Both the position numbers and the translations under genes were made by a program. The notes beneath the pieces are model-generated. The model was not told where the DNA came from. It did not search any database and saw only the letters and a list, made by a program, of their open reading frames with translations. DNA of 64,000 bases from an uncultured Prevotella sp. (GTDB lineage: Bacteria > Bacteroidota > Bacteroidia > Bacteroidales > Bacteroidaceae), in contig CAMJFM010000007.1 of the NCBI GenBank assembly GCA_946404925.1, positions 2,662-66,661 on the forward strand. Reading direction: 5' to 3'. This document shows positions 25,735-40,089 of this stretch, piece by piece; position 1 is the first letter of the stretch; every line of letters starts with the position of its first letter.

Positions 25735-26832
25735 ATGGAAAAAACTGATCAGAAGAACTACTGCGTGATTCTCGCCGGGGGTCGCGGTCAGCGATTGTGG
25801 CCCGTAAGCAGAGAGCAGCATCCTAAACAGTTTCTTGACCTTTTTGGTACAGGCCGCACCTTGCTGCAGTCTACACTCGACCGTTTTAAGAAACTGCTAC
25901 CTATAGAGAATATATTAGTATGTACGTGCGCGGAATACCAGCAGCTGGTTAAGGAACAGCTGCCCGAAGTGCCCGAACAGAACATCATAGTGGAACCCAT
26001 ACATCGCAATACGGCACCCACTGTGGCTTGGGCTTCGATGCGCATACTGCATCAGAACCCGAATGCCAACGTCATCGTATCGCCATCAGACCAGTTGGTG
26101 CTAAACGAGGCCTCGTTTGCCCACTGCATGGACATCGGCATAGGCTATGTATCAGAGAACCACGTGCTGCTGGCCATGGGCGTAAAGCCCACACGCCCAG
26201 AACCTGGCTATGGATACATACAGCTGGGCGACCTGAGTTGCAAGCCAGATGTGTATAAGGTAAAATCGTTTACCGAGAAGCCCGAACGCGACTTTGCACG
26301 CATGTTTATGGAGAGCGGCGAGTTCTATTGGAACACAGGTATCTTCATTTCAAGCGCCTACCATCTGCTTGACACCTTTGAGCATGTGTTCCCATCGGTA
26401 CTCAGAACTCTGCGCTACGACAACCCCAACTACACTCACGAGGAGGAGATGAAGTTTGTGGCCGAGAACTATCCGCGCTACCCTAACCTATCGCTTGACT
26501 ACGCCATACTGGAGCAGAGCGATAACAACGTGTTTGTGATGAAGTGCGACTTTGGCTGGGCCGACCTTGGAACATGGCACGCCATATACGAGGTGATGCA
26601 CAAGGTGACCGACGACAACGTGGTGATGGACTCGGAGGTGATACTTGAAGACTGCAAGAACAACATCATCAAGCTGCCCAAGGGCAAGTTGGGCGTGTTT
26701 AACGGCTTAGAGGGCTACATAGTTGCCGAAGAAGACGGGGTGCTGCTCATCTGCAAGAAGAGCGACAACTCATCGATGGTAAAGAAATATGTAAACGAGG
26801 TAAGGATTAAATATGGTGATGAGTTTGTGTAA
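25735..26832 (+). CDS. manC: Mannose-1-phosphate guanylyltransferase
   Basis: VILAGGRGQRLWPVSR..PKQF, EPIHRNTAP, PEPGYGYI, FYWNTGIF and FGWADLGTW motifs. Confidence 0.93.
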   Translation: MEKTDQKNYCVILAGGRGQRLWPVSREQHPKQFLDLFGTGRTLLQSTLDRFKKLLPIENILVCTCAEYQQLVKEQLPEVPEQNIIVEPIHRNTAPTVAWASMRILHQNPNANVIVSPSDQLVLNEASFAHCMDIGIGYVSENHVLLAMGVKPTRPEPGYGYIQLGDLSCKPDVYKVKSFTEKPERDFARMFMESGEFYWNTGIFISSAYHLLDTFEHVFPSVLRTLRYDNPNYTHEEEMKFVAENYPRYPNLSLDYAILEQSDNNVFVMKCDFGWADLGTWHAIYEVMHKVTDDNVVMDSEVILEDCKNNIIKLPKGKLGVFNGLEGYIVAEEDGVLLICKKSDNSSMVKKYVNEVRIKYGDEFV

Positions 26833-27225
26833 CTACACAAACTCACCACGTATTTTCTCTGCGATAGCCTTAAACTCATCCTCGGTAAGCTTAAGCTTCT
26901 CGCGACGGAAGTCAACATCGGCCTCACTCTGCATAGGAATGAGGTGGATATGTGCGTGGGGCACTTCAAGACCCAGCACTACCTGAGCCACCTTCTTGCA
27001 TGGGAAGGCCTTCTTAATGGCCAGAGCCACACGCTTAGCAAAAACCTGATAACGAGCCAACTCGTCGTCATCCATATCGAAGATGTAATCAACCTCGCGA
27101 CGAGGAATCACAAGCGTGTGACCCTTTACCAGCGGATTGATATCGAGAAATGCGTAGAACTCCTCGTTCTCGGCACACTTGTAGCTGGGGATTTCGCCAG
27201 CTGCGATCTTGCTAAAAATATCCAT
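26833..27225 (-). CDS. HIT family nucleotide hydrolase
   Basis: IFSKIAAGEIP, AFLDINP..KGHTLVIP and EVPHAHIHLIP (HxHxH) motifs. Confidence 0.95.
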   Translation of the reverse strand: MDIFSKIAAGEIPSYKCAENEEFYAFLDINPLVKGHTLVIPRREVDYIFDMDDDELARYQVFAKRVALAIKKAFPCKKVAQVVLGLEVPHAHIHLIPMQSEADVDFRREKLKLTEDEFKAIAEKIRGEFV

Positions 27226-27227
27226 AA

Positions 27228-27695
27228 TTATCCTACAGTAATTTTGTCGATGCGGAGCTTAATGGTGCCACGGGGAATCTTTACTTCAACCTCGTCGCCC
27301 ACCTTATGATTAAGCAGACCCTGAGCAATAGGAGTCTGAATAGAGATCTTACCCTCGCGCAGATTGGCCTCACTCTCGCTAACGATAGTATAGGTCATCT
27401 TGGCATTATTGGTAAGATTAGTCATCTCAACCTTAGAGAGAATCTGAACAGAGTCGGTGCTCAAACGGCTGGTATCAACCACCTTAGCATCGGCGATGGT
27501 CATCTTGAGCTGATTGATCTTATCCTCGAGATGAGCCTGAGCTTCCTTAGCTGCGTCGTACTCTGAATTCTCGCTGAGATCTCCCTTCTCACGAGCCTCG
27601 GCGATAGCTGCTGATGCCTTTGGGCGCTCAACTGCCTCTAAACGATGAAGTTCGGCTATCAGTTTGTCGTAGCCTTCTTGTGACATGTATGCCAT
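27228..27695 (-). CDS. greA: Transcription elongation factor GreA
   Basis: AREKGDLSENSEYDAAKE and ISIQTPIAQGLL motifs. Confidence 0.97.
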   Translation of the reverse strand: MAYMSQEGYDKLIAELHRLEAVERPKASAAIAEAREKGDLSENSEYDAAKEAQAHLEDKINQLKMTIADAKVVDTSRLSTDSVQILSKVEMTNLTNNAKMTYTIVSESEANLREGKISIQTPIAQGLLNHKVGDEVEVKIPRGTIKLRIDKITVG

Positions 27696-27745
27696 AACAT
27701 TTCAATATTTAATGATTTTACTATTTACTATTAAGCTGGGCGGAC

Positions 27746-27786
27746 AAAAAAGAAAAGAATCCCGACTCACACAGTGTCGGAATCCT
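27746..27786 (-). terminator. Intrinsic terminator inside the greA 5' leader (candidate attenuator)
   Basis: AGGATTCCGAC-9 nt-GTCGGGATTCT followed by TTTCTTTTTT, located between the promoter and the ATG. Confidence 0.7.
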
Positions 27787-27822
27787 CGGATTTAATATGT
27801 CGTATCCTTACTTATTCGGTTG

Positions 27823-27854
27823 CAAAGATAAGCAATATTTTCGAATCAAACAAA
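27823..27854 (-). promoter_or_regulatory. greA promoter (-33 TTTG, N20, -7 TATCTTTG)
   Basis: Exact match to the Bacteroidetes primary-sigma consensus. Confidence 0.8.
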
Positions 27855-28802
27855 TTTTTTCGACAAAAAAAACAAAACCGCATATATTACCACAGCCGAA
27901 ATCCAACCTCCAATCACATCAACAGCATAGTGTGCCTGAATGTAAACGGTGGCAAAGCACATCAGTACATAGAAGGGCAAGAGGGTAAAAAGGAGTTTGC
28001 GATTACATGCGTGCCAAGCCAAGAACAGCAGAATGGTGGTAACGCCTACATGACTGCTTGGGAAGGCAGCTGTGGGGCGCTCGCCAGCAGCATGGGCGCT
28101 GGCCACACACTGATAGAAGAATCCATCCTTCCATCCTGGTATAGGCAATGACTCATCGTGGGTAGCAAAGTAATCGCCCACGTTGGGGAAGTGTCCCTGT
28201 GCTATCTGATCGACACCTGCCGCCAGGTAGTAATACTGCGGACCCGTTACTGGCAGCAGTATAAAGATGACATAATAGACAAAGAACGATGTCAGAATGA
28301 TGAATGTGACACGGGTGAACTCCTGATAACGATACAGGAAATAATATAGCGTAACCAGGGCTATGAGCGGATAATACGAGGCATAGCCTAAATGCATCAG
28401 CTCGCTGAACACAGGATTAGAGATTTTCTGCGAGAATAGCAGGGCAGGCTGCATGTGGAACAGCTGCTGTTCGTAGCCAGCAAACACATGGTCGAGATTA
28501 TGGAACATGCGATTAAACTCGTATGTATCAGGATACCACCACGATAATAACGCCATTTGGGCTCCTACCCTACACATCATCGTGAATCGGCATGGAACCA
28601 TTCTGTAAACACCCCATAGAGCCAGCGTCATTACCAGGAATCGCGCCCTGCCCCAAAGCATGGCCTCAGGGTTCTGCAGTTTGGTATATGTAATCAGCAT
28701 CAGCAGCAGAGTGAACAGCATATAGGCCAGTATCACCCACTCTACCGCCAACAATCCCTTACGGGGTTTGCGCTCAAGTTCGAAAATCTTTTTTATAACC
28801 AT
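27846..28802 (-). CDS. PAP2-family membrane phosphotransferase/phosphatase (Aur1/IPC-synthase-like)
   Basis: Multiple TMs; LPVTGPQYY, AAFPSSHVG and AHYAVD motifs. Confidence 0.82.
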   Translation of the reverse strand: MVIKKIFELERKPRKGLLAVEWVILAYMLFTLLLMLITYTKLQNPEAMLWGRARFLVMTLALWGVYRMVPCRFTMMCRVGAQMALLSWWYPDTYEFNRMFHNLDHVFAGYEQQLFHMQPALLFSQKISNPVFSELMHLGYASYYPLIALVTLYYFLYRYQEFTRVTFIILTSFFVYYVIFILLPVTGPQYYYLAAGVDQIAQGHFPNVGDYFATHDESLPIPGWKDGFFYQCVASAHAAGERPTAAFPSSHVGVTTILLFLAWHACNRKLLFTLLPFYVLMCFATVYIQAHYAVDVIGGWISAVVIYAVLFFLSKKFV

Positions 28803-29788
28803 TGGTTGTCTTTATACCATTTTATAGTTTCCTTTACACCTCGCTGCAAGTCGTACTCGGGCTTATAGCCCAGCTCGTTGATGGCGGGCTGTATGTCGCA
28901 TCGCCAATTGCGCTGGCGCAGGATATTATACTTATCGTTATTAAGTGCGGTTACCTTACCTGTAGCACGTCCAATATACTCGCCAAAGAGAGTAACTACA
29001 CGCAGCACCCAGATAGGCGCTTTGATTCGGATCCACCAAGGGCGACCCAATTCCTCGTGAATCAGATTACTGAAGGTCTCACTCTGATACACTTTACCAT
29101 CGCTCAGGAAGTACTTGCGGCCGTTCTCACCCTTATCCAGAGCCAGGAACACCGCCTGAACCACATCCTTCACATAAACAAAGGTGATGTCCTGACGCTT
29201 ATAGCCCACAGCAAAATCAGAGTGCTGCTTGATGCTCTTGGCCATAATAAAGTAATCCTTCTCGCGAGGGCCATAGACACCCGTTGGTCTTAATATTATA
29301 TAAGGTACGCGCGAGGCCATCTGCTCAAGATACGACTCGGCAGCAAGTTTGCTCTTTCCGTAGGCGGTATTGGGCTGGGGCGTATCAGTTTCCTTAATCT
29401 CCTGGTATGGCTGCTGCTCCTTGATGGCGCCGAAGATACTAAGACTGCTGACAAACACAAATCGCTTGAGCGGCATACCAACCTCAAGGATTGCATCAAT
29501 CAGATTCTTGGTGCCCTCGGTATTGATACGCGAAAAGTCCTGCTTATTCAAGCACTTGGTTACGCCCGCAGCATGAACCACGTAGTCGAACTCGTGACCA
29601 CGCAACTGCTCAACAAGCTGACTCCTGGACGAGAGGTTGAGCTCGATGAAGTTGATACAATCATCCTGCAGATAGGCCTTAGAACTGCTTTTACGCACCA
29701 CAGCCCATGTATCAAAGCCCCTACGAAGAGCCTCCTCAACTATAAATGAGCCGATAAAACCGCTTGCACCTGTTATTAATATCTTCAT
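28793..29788 (-). CDS. NAD-dependent epimerase/dehydratase (extended SDR, 3beta-HSD-like)
   Basis: TGASGFIG, HAAG, YGKSK and RPTGVYGPRE motifs. Confidence 0.9.
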   Translation of the reverse strand: MKILITGASGFIGSFIVEEALRRGFDTWAVVRKSSSKAYLQDDCINFIELNLSSRSQLVEQLRGHEFDYVVHAAGVTKCLNKQDFSRINTEGTKNLIDAILEVGMPLKRFVFVSSLSIFGAIKEQQPYQEIKETDTPQPNTAYGKSKLAAESYLEQMASRVPYIILRPTGVYGPREKDYFIMAKSIKQHSDFAVGYKRQDITFVYVKDVVQAVFLALDKGENGRKYFLSDGKVYQSETFSNLIHEELGRPWWIRIKAPIWVLRVVTLFGEYIGRATGKVTALNNDKYNILRQRNWRCDIQPAINELGYKPEYDLQRGVKETIKWYKDNQWL

Positions 29789-29826
29789 ACAGTTTACAAA
29801 TTTGGATGCAAAGGTACAATTTTTTA

Positions 29827-29902
29827 GGCACGGATTACACGGATTACACGGATTTTAACTATTCCGCAAAAAAAAACAGTGTTAATCCGTGTAATCCGTG
29901 CC
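29827..29902. repeat. REP-like palindrome built from 9-nt CACGGATTA units
   Basis: GGCACGGATTACACGGATTA(CACGGATT) ... TAATCCGTGTAATCCGTGCC: a 20-bp perfect inverted repeat between two divergent -7 boxes. Confidence 0.85.
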
Positions 29903-29947
29903 TTTTTTACTATCTTTGCAGCATAGAATCATTAAAACAACATATCT

Positions 29948-32146
29948 ATGGGAAAAAAGAAAGGTGGAAAGAGACTGGGCAAGAAGCAGGTGAGCGAACT
30001 GCTGCAGAACCTGTTCCAGCATAATCCAAACGAAACATTTACATTTAAGCAGATATTCAAGGTACTAAAATTAGATACCCACCCACTGAAGATGCTGGCC
30101 ATCGACGTGATGGAAGAGATGGCATGGGATGACTTCTTATCGAAAGTGAGCGACAACTCATATCGCCTGAATCTGAAGACTCAGGTACAGGAAGGTACAT
30201 TCCGCAGAAAGGCCACTGGCAGAAACTCGTTTGTGCCTGATGATGGCGGCACACCAGTATTCGTGGCCGAGCGCAACTCTATGTCGGCCATGGATGGCGA
30301 CAAGGTGAAGGTATCGTACATGGCCCGCAGAGACAAGCATATCAAAGAGGCCATGGTTATCGAAATCGTTAAGCGTGCCCACGATACCATCGTTGGTAAG
30401 CTACGAGTAGAAAAGGATATGGCATTCCTGGTAACGCCCGACTCAACCTTTGTGCACGACATCATCATCCCCAAGCGTAAGCTTAAGGGCGGAAAGACTG
30501 ATGACAAGGCGGTAGTTAAGGTTATCCAATGGCCCGATCAGGATCATAAGAACATCATTGGATCGGTAGTAGACATTCTTGGAAAGACTGGTGAGAACAA
30601 CGCCGAAATGCACGCCATCCTGGCTCAATACAATCTGCCTTACAAGTATCCGAAGAACGTAGAAGAGGCAGCCGAGAAGATTGATGCAGCCATCACACCA
30701 GAGGAGATAGCCAGCAGAGAGGACTTCCGCGGGGTGTTTACCTGCACCATCGACCCAAAGGATGCCAAAGACTTTGACGACGCTCTGTCTATCCGCAAGA
30801 TGGATAACGGACTTTGGGAGGTTGGTGTACACATTGCTGATGTGTCGCATTACGTTCGCGAAGGCTCGACTATCGACAAGGAGGCTTATGCACGTGCCAC
30901 AAGTATCTATCTGGTAGACCGCACCATACCTATGCTACCCGAGCGACTCTGCAACTTTATCTGTTCGTTGCGTCCTGATGAGGAGAAGCTATGCTACAGC
31001 GTTATCTTCCAGATGGACGACGAGGCAAACATCAAGAACTGGCACTTGGCACATACCGTGATCAAGAGCGACCGTCGCTATGCCTACGAGGAAGTTCAGC
31101 AGATACTGGAAGACAACGGCGTGAAAGACGGCACAGGCGAACCAGCCCCAGCTGCAACGAAGAAGAATCCATATAAGGGCGAGAATGCTGAACAACTGAT
31201 AACCCTCGATGCGCTGGCCAAGAAACTACGTGCTGCTCGCTTCAAGAACGGAAGTGTGAAGTTTGACCGCGAGGAGTTGCACTTCGATATCGACGAGACG
31301 GGCAAGCCAACAAAGGCTTACTTCAAGGTATCGAAAGATGCCAACAAGCTGATTGAGGAGTTTATGCTGCTGGCCAATAAGACCGTTGCCGAAAGTATAG
31401 GCAAAGTCAAGAAGGGTGTTAAGGCAAAGACACTGCCCTATCGTATACACGACCAACCAGACCCTCAGAAATTGGAGAATCTGCGTGAGTTTGTGGCCAA
31501 GTTCGGTTATAAGGTAAAGACAGCTGGCACCAAGGGAGCTATCACAAAATCGCTCAATGCCCTGATGTCGCAAGCCGAAGGCACACGCGAACAGAACGCC
31601 ATTGAGACCGTAGCCCTGAGAGCCATGATGAAAGCCAAGTACAGCGTTCACAACATAGGCCACTACGGATTGGCATTCGAATACTACACGCACTTCACCT
31701 CGCCTATCCGTCGTTATCCCGACATGATGGTTCATCGACTGCTGACAAAATATCAGGATGGAGCCCGTTCGGCTAATAAAGACAAGTACGAGGAGTTCTG
31801 CGAGCACTGTAGCGATATGGAGCAGATATCGCAGAATGCCGAGCGCGATTCGATCAAGTATAAGATGGTTGAGTTTATGGCCGACAAGATTGGTAACACC
31901 TACGATGCGCACATCAGTGGTATACAATCTTACGGCATCTATGCTCAGATAGACGAGACCCACTGCGAGGGAATGATACCTATACGCGATTTGGGCAACG
32001 ACTATTACGACTTCGATGAGAAGAACTATATGATTATAGGTCGCCGCCATCACACCAAGTACCAGCTTGGCGATCCTATCCGTATACAAGTGGCCCGTGC
32101 AAATCTGGAGCGTAAACAGTTAGACTTTACCTTAGCAGAGGATTAG
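29948..32146 (+). CDS. rnr: Ribonuclease R
   Basis: RNB motifs TIDPKDAKDFDDALS, LIEEFMLLAN and YTHFTSPIRRYPD; C-terminal S1 domain. Confidence 0.97.
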   Translation: MGKKKGGKRLGKKQVSELLQNLFQHNPNETFTFKQIFKVLKLDTHPLKMLAIDVMEEMAWDDFLSKVSDNSYRLNLKTQVQEGTFRRKATGRNSFVPDDGGTPVFVAERNSMSAMDGDKVKVSYMARRDKHIKEAMVIEIVKRAHDTIVGKLRVEKDMAFLVTPDSTFVHDIIIPKRKLKGGKTDDKAVVKVIQWPDQDHKNIIGSVVDILGKTGENNAEMHAILAQYNLPYKYPKNVEEAAEKIDAAITPEEIASREDFRGVFTCTIDPKDAKDFDDALSIRKMDNGLWEVGVHIADVSHYVREGSTIDKEAYARATSIYLVDRTIPMLPERLCNFICSLRPDEEKLCYSVIFQMDDEANIKNWHLAHTVIKSDRRYAYEEVQQILEDNGVKDGTGEPAPAATKKNPYKGENAEQLITLDALAKKLRAARFKNGSVKFDREELHFDIDETGKPTKAYFKVSKDANKLIEEFMLLANKTVAESIGKVKKGVKAKTLPYRIHDQPDPQKLENLREFVAKFGYKVKTAGTKGAITKSLNALMSQAEGTREQNAIETVALRAMMKAKYSVHNIGHYGLAFEYYTHFTSPIRRYPDMMVHRLLTKYQDGARSANKDKYEEFCEHCSDMEQISQNAERDSIKYKMVEFMADKIGNTYDAHISGIQSYGIYAQIDETHCEGMIPIRDLGNDYYDFDEKNYMIIGRRHHTKYQLGDPIRIQVARANLERKQLDFTLAED

Positions 32147-32166
32147 CAAGGACAGAACATCGTTCA

Positions 32167-32180
32167 TGCAATCGTTTGCA
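32167..32180. promoter_or_regulatory. LacI-type operator upstream of the starch operon
   Basis: TGCAATCGTTTGCA fits the LacI consensus GCAAnCGnTTGC; -7 box TACTTTTG at 32235-32242. Confidence 0.6.
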
Positions 32181-32201
32181 TCAGCAAACTATCAAATACA
32201 G

Positions 32202-32232
32202 ACCCGTTTGGAAACACCGAACGGGTTATTTT
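32202..32232 (+). terminator. Probable rnr terminator
   Basis: ACCCGTTTGG-AAACA-CCGAACGGGT followed by TATTTT. Confidence 0.6.
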
Positions 32233-32267
32233 CGTACTTTTGCCAAAAATAACTAAAGACAATTGGT

Positions 32268-37219
<4,952 letters not shown>

Positions 37220-37227
37220 CAAATCGA

Positions 37228-39132
37228 ATGAAGAAATTGATATTCGCAGGATTATTGTCTATGCTACTGCCCAAACAGGCGGTAGCACAGACTTTTAAGG
37301 AGGTTGATTATACTCCTAATCAGACCAAGTTTGTGCTCTTTGCGCCCAACGATGCCAAACAAGTTACAGTTCGCATCTACAAGGATGGACTTGGTGGCAA
37401 AGCCATCAAAACTGCCAAGATGCAGAAGTCAGGCAACGAGCAATGGACAACTACTATTAAGGGCGACCTGATGGGAAAGTTCTATACCTTTGATATGGGT
37501 AAAGGCGAGTGCGCAGGTGTGTTTGCCAAGGCTGTTGGTGTTAATGGCCGTCGCGGAGCCATCATCGATATGGCTAAGACCAACCCTGCCCATTGGTGCT
37601 GCGATAAAGGTCCTGTTACAAAATCGCCTGCAGACCTTGTTATCTACGAGATGCACCATCGCGATTTCTCCATCGCCCGCAAAGATGCAAAATATCCTGG
37701 AAAGTTCATGGCTCTCACAGAGCCCTGGGCTATTGAGCATCTGAAACAACTTGGCGTGAATGCTATTCACATTCTGCCCAGCTACGATTATGGATCGGTA
37801 GATGAGACACGACTGAACGAGCCACAATACAACTGGGGATATGACCCTGTGAACTACAATGTGCCCGAGGGTGGTTATTCTACGAATCCCTATCAGCCCG
37901 AAGTCCGTATCAAGGAATTCAAGCAGATGGTAAAAGCTATGCACGATGCAGGCATCAGAGTGATTCTTGATGTGGTTTACAACCACACATACGACATCGA
38001 ACATTCAAACTTCCAGCGCACTTATCCCGACTATTTCTATCGCAAAACCACCGATGGCCAATACAGTAACGGAAGCGGTTGCGGTAACGAGACGGCATCA
38101 GACAAGCCCATGATGCGCCAATTCATGATTGAAAGTGTGAAGTATTGGATCAACGAGTACCACATCGACGGCTTCCGCTTCGACCTAATGGGTGTTCACG
38201 ATATCCAAACCATGAACGAAATACGCAAGGTTGTTGACGCTATCGATCCGAGCATATTTATCTATGGCGAAGGTTGGAGTGCTGGCTCATGCGCTATTCC
38301 TAACGACCAATTAGGCATGAAAGCCAACATACCACAGATGCCTGGTATAGCAGCTTTTAGCGACGAGATTCGCGATGCACTACGCGGTCCCTTCAGCGAT
38401 GACACCAAACCAGCATTCCTAGCAGGCCTTGCAGACAATAAGGAGAGTCTGAAGTTTGGCATTGTAGGCGCAATCCGTCATCCACAGGTAAATATGGCGA
38501 AGGTAAACTATAGTCAGAAGCCTTGGGCCGTTGAACCAACACAGATGATAAGTTATGTGAGTTGTCACGATGACATGTGTCTGGTAGATCGTTTGAAATC
38601 AAGCATACCTGGCATCACGACCGAAGAACTGATAAGACTCGACATACTGGCGCAAACAGCGATATTCACTTCACAAGGCGTACCCTTTATGCTGAGCGGC
38701 GAAGAGTTGCTACGTAATAAGAAAGGTGTGCACAATAGTTTTGAGTCACCCGACAGTATCAACCAACTGCCATGGGAGAATCTGAAGAAGTATCCACAAG
38801 TATTCAAATACTACAAAGACCTCATTCAGTTGCGCAAGAATCATCCCGCTTTCCGCTTAGGTAACGCAGACCTGGTTCGTAAACATCTGGAGTTTATCGA
38901 TACACCTGAAGGCACTGTAGCTTTCCGACTGAAGAACTATGCAGGGCGCGATGACTGGCGCAACATTATTGTTGTACTAAATGCAAATAAGGAACCTGTA
39001 GAGATTTCAATTCCAGACGGCAGATATACTGTTATATGTTGCGATGGCAACATCAACGAAAACGGCCTCGGTACCATCGCAGGCACCAAGACCGTTGTTG
39101 ACTCGCAGTCGGCATTAATCATTCACGATTAA
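37228..39132 (+). CDS. pulA: Type I pullulanase (GH13)
   Basis: YNWGYDPVNY signature; DVVYNHT, GFRFDLMG, YGEGW and YVSCHDD motifs. Confidence 0.95.
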   Translation: MKKLIFAGLLSMLLPKQAVAQTFKEVDYTPNQTKFVLFAPNDAKQVTVRIYKDGLGGKAIKTAKMQKSGNEQWTTTIKGDLMGKFYTFDMGKGECAGVFAKAVGVNGRRGAIIDMAKTNPAHWCCDKGPVTKSPADLVIYEMHHRDFSIARKDAKYPGKFMALTEPWAIEHLKQLGVNAIHILPSYDYGSVDETRLNEPQYNWGYDPVNYNVPEGGYSTNPYQPEVRIKEFKQMVKAMHDAGIRVILDVVYNHTYDIEHSNFQRTYPDYFYRKTTDGQYSNGSGCGNETASDKPMMRQFMIESVKYWINEYHIDGFRFDLMGVHDIQTMNEIRKVVDAIDPSIFIYGEGWSAGSCAIPNDQLGMKANIPQMPGIAAFSDEIRDALRGPFSDDTKPAFLAGLADNKESLKFGIVGAIRHPQVNMAKVNYSQKPWAVEPTQMISYVSCHDDMCLVDRLKSSIPGITTEELIRLDILAQTAIFTSQGVPFMLSGEELLRNKKGVHNSFESPDSINQLPWENLKKYPQVFKYYKDLIQLRKNHPAFRLGNADLVRKHLEFIDTPEGTVAFRLKNYAGRDDWRNIIVVLNANKEPVEISIPDGRYTVICCDGNINENGLGTIAGTKTVVDSQSALIIHD

Positions 39133-39144
39133 TTCATTCCGATA

Positions 39145-40089
39145 TTACTTAATAAGAGCCTTCAGAAAATTAACCATTTTCTGAAGGTTTTCTTCTGCAT
39201 ACATACCCATGCCGTGTCCACCCTCAGGAACGAAAGTTGCTTCAGTCTTAACACCAGCAGCTTTCAGCGTCTCATAGAACATCTTTCCCTGACAACATGG
39301 AACAACGTTATCCTTCTCACCATGGAAGATGATAACAGGAGGATCGTTCTTGTCTACATAAGTTGTTGCACTCAGACTAAGGTACTTATCTGGCTCCTTA
39401 GCCAGTTTAGAGTTCAGCAGCACGTCCTCAGGACTATTCTCTCCCATCTTCATAGACTCACCACAGTCCATAGCAGTGAGGTCGATAGGGCCAGACCAGT
39501 CACAAGCTGCATTAACAGCACTGCTCTCGTTCAGGAAGTTTCCTACATTTCCCTCAAGGTCGATATCAACAGTTCCCACCTTGGTCTGCTTGGTACCACT
39601 GGTAGTAGCAGCAGTAGAAGCCAGATGACCGCCTGATGAAAAACCGCTGGTAGCAATAAACTTGGTATCAAACTTATACTTCTTAGCCTCACCACGCACA
39701 AAACGTATCACGGCACGGATGTCATGAATCTGTGCAGGCCACTTAGCATCCATACTTGAACGGTGATTAGGACAAACCACTGCAAAACCGGCATCAAGCA
39801 AGCTCTTGACGATAGTACCAAGGTCGGCAGCACCCTTACTGCTATTGCTGAACCAGGCACTTCCATAGATATGAATTACAACGGGATAAGAAGCCTTCTC
39901 CTGCTTGGGCAGATAGATATCACAAGTGTGATAAGCCTGATCGTCGCCAGCATAGTTCACGTCCTTCCACTCCTGCGAAGTCTCCAACTTTACCTGAGGT
40001 ATCTGGAATCCTCCGAATCCGCCTGCCGGCTGAGCCATAGCTACTGCTGACAGACATAGCATACATACTGAAAATAATGTCTTCTTCAT
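39145..40089 (-). CDS. Alpha/beta-hydrolase carbohydrate esterase (BD-FAE-like)
   Basis: DIYLP..PVVIHIYGSAW, GFSSGGHL (GxSxG) and FHGEKDNVV...GGHG motifs. Confidence 0.85.
   Translation of the reverse strand: MKKTLFSVCMLCLSAVAMAQPAGGFGGFQIPQVKLETSQEWKDVNYAGDDQAYHTCDIYLPKQEKASYPVVIHIYGSAWFSNSSKGAADLGTIVKSLLDAGFAVVCPNHRSSMDAKWPAQIHDIRAVIRFVRGEAKKYKFDTKFIATSGFSSGGHLASTAATTSGTKQTKVGTVDIDLEGNVGNFLNESSAVNAACDWSGPIDLTAMDCGESMKMGENSPEDVLLNSKLAKEPDKYLSLSATTYVDKNDPPVIIFHGEKDNVVPCCQGKMFYETLKAAGVKTEATFVPEGGHGMGMYAEENLQKMVNFLKALIK
39155..39194 (+). terminator. Terminator of the starch operon embedded in the convergent esterase CDS
   Basis: CCTTCAGAAAAT-TAACC-ATTTTCTGAAGG (12-bp perfect stem) followed by TTTTCTT. 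Confidence 0.65.

Noticed and set aside
31226-32089. Long antisense ORFs over rnr, pdxS, susD and GH115 (e.g. 31226-32089, 2028-2594, 56878-57660, 63259-63960)
   Set aside because: Typical shadow ORFs of strongly codon-biased genes, with no recognisable motifs.
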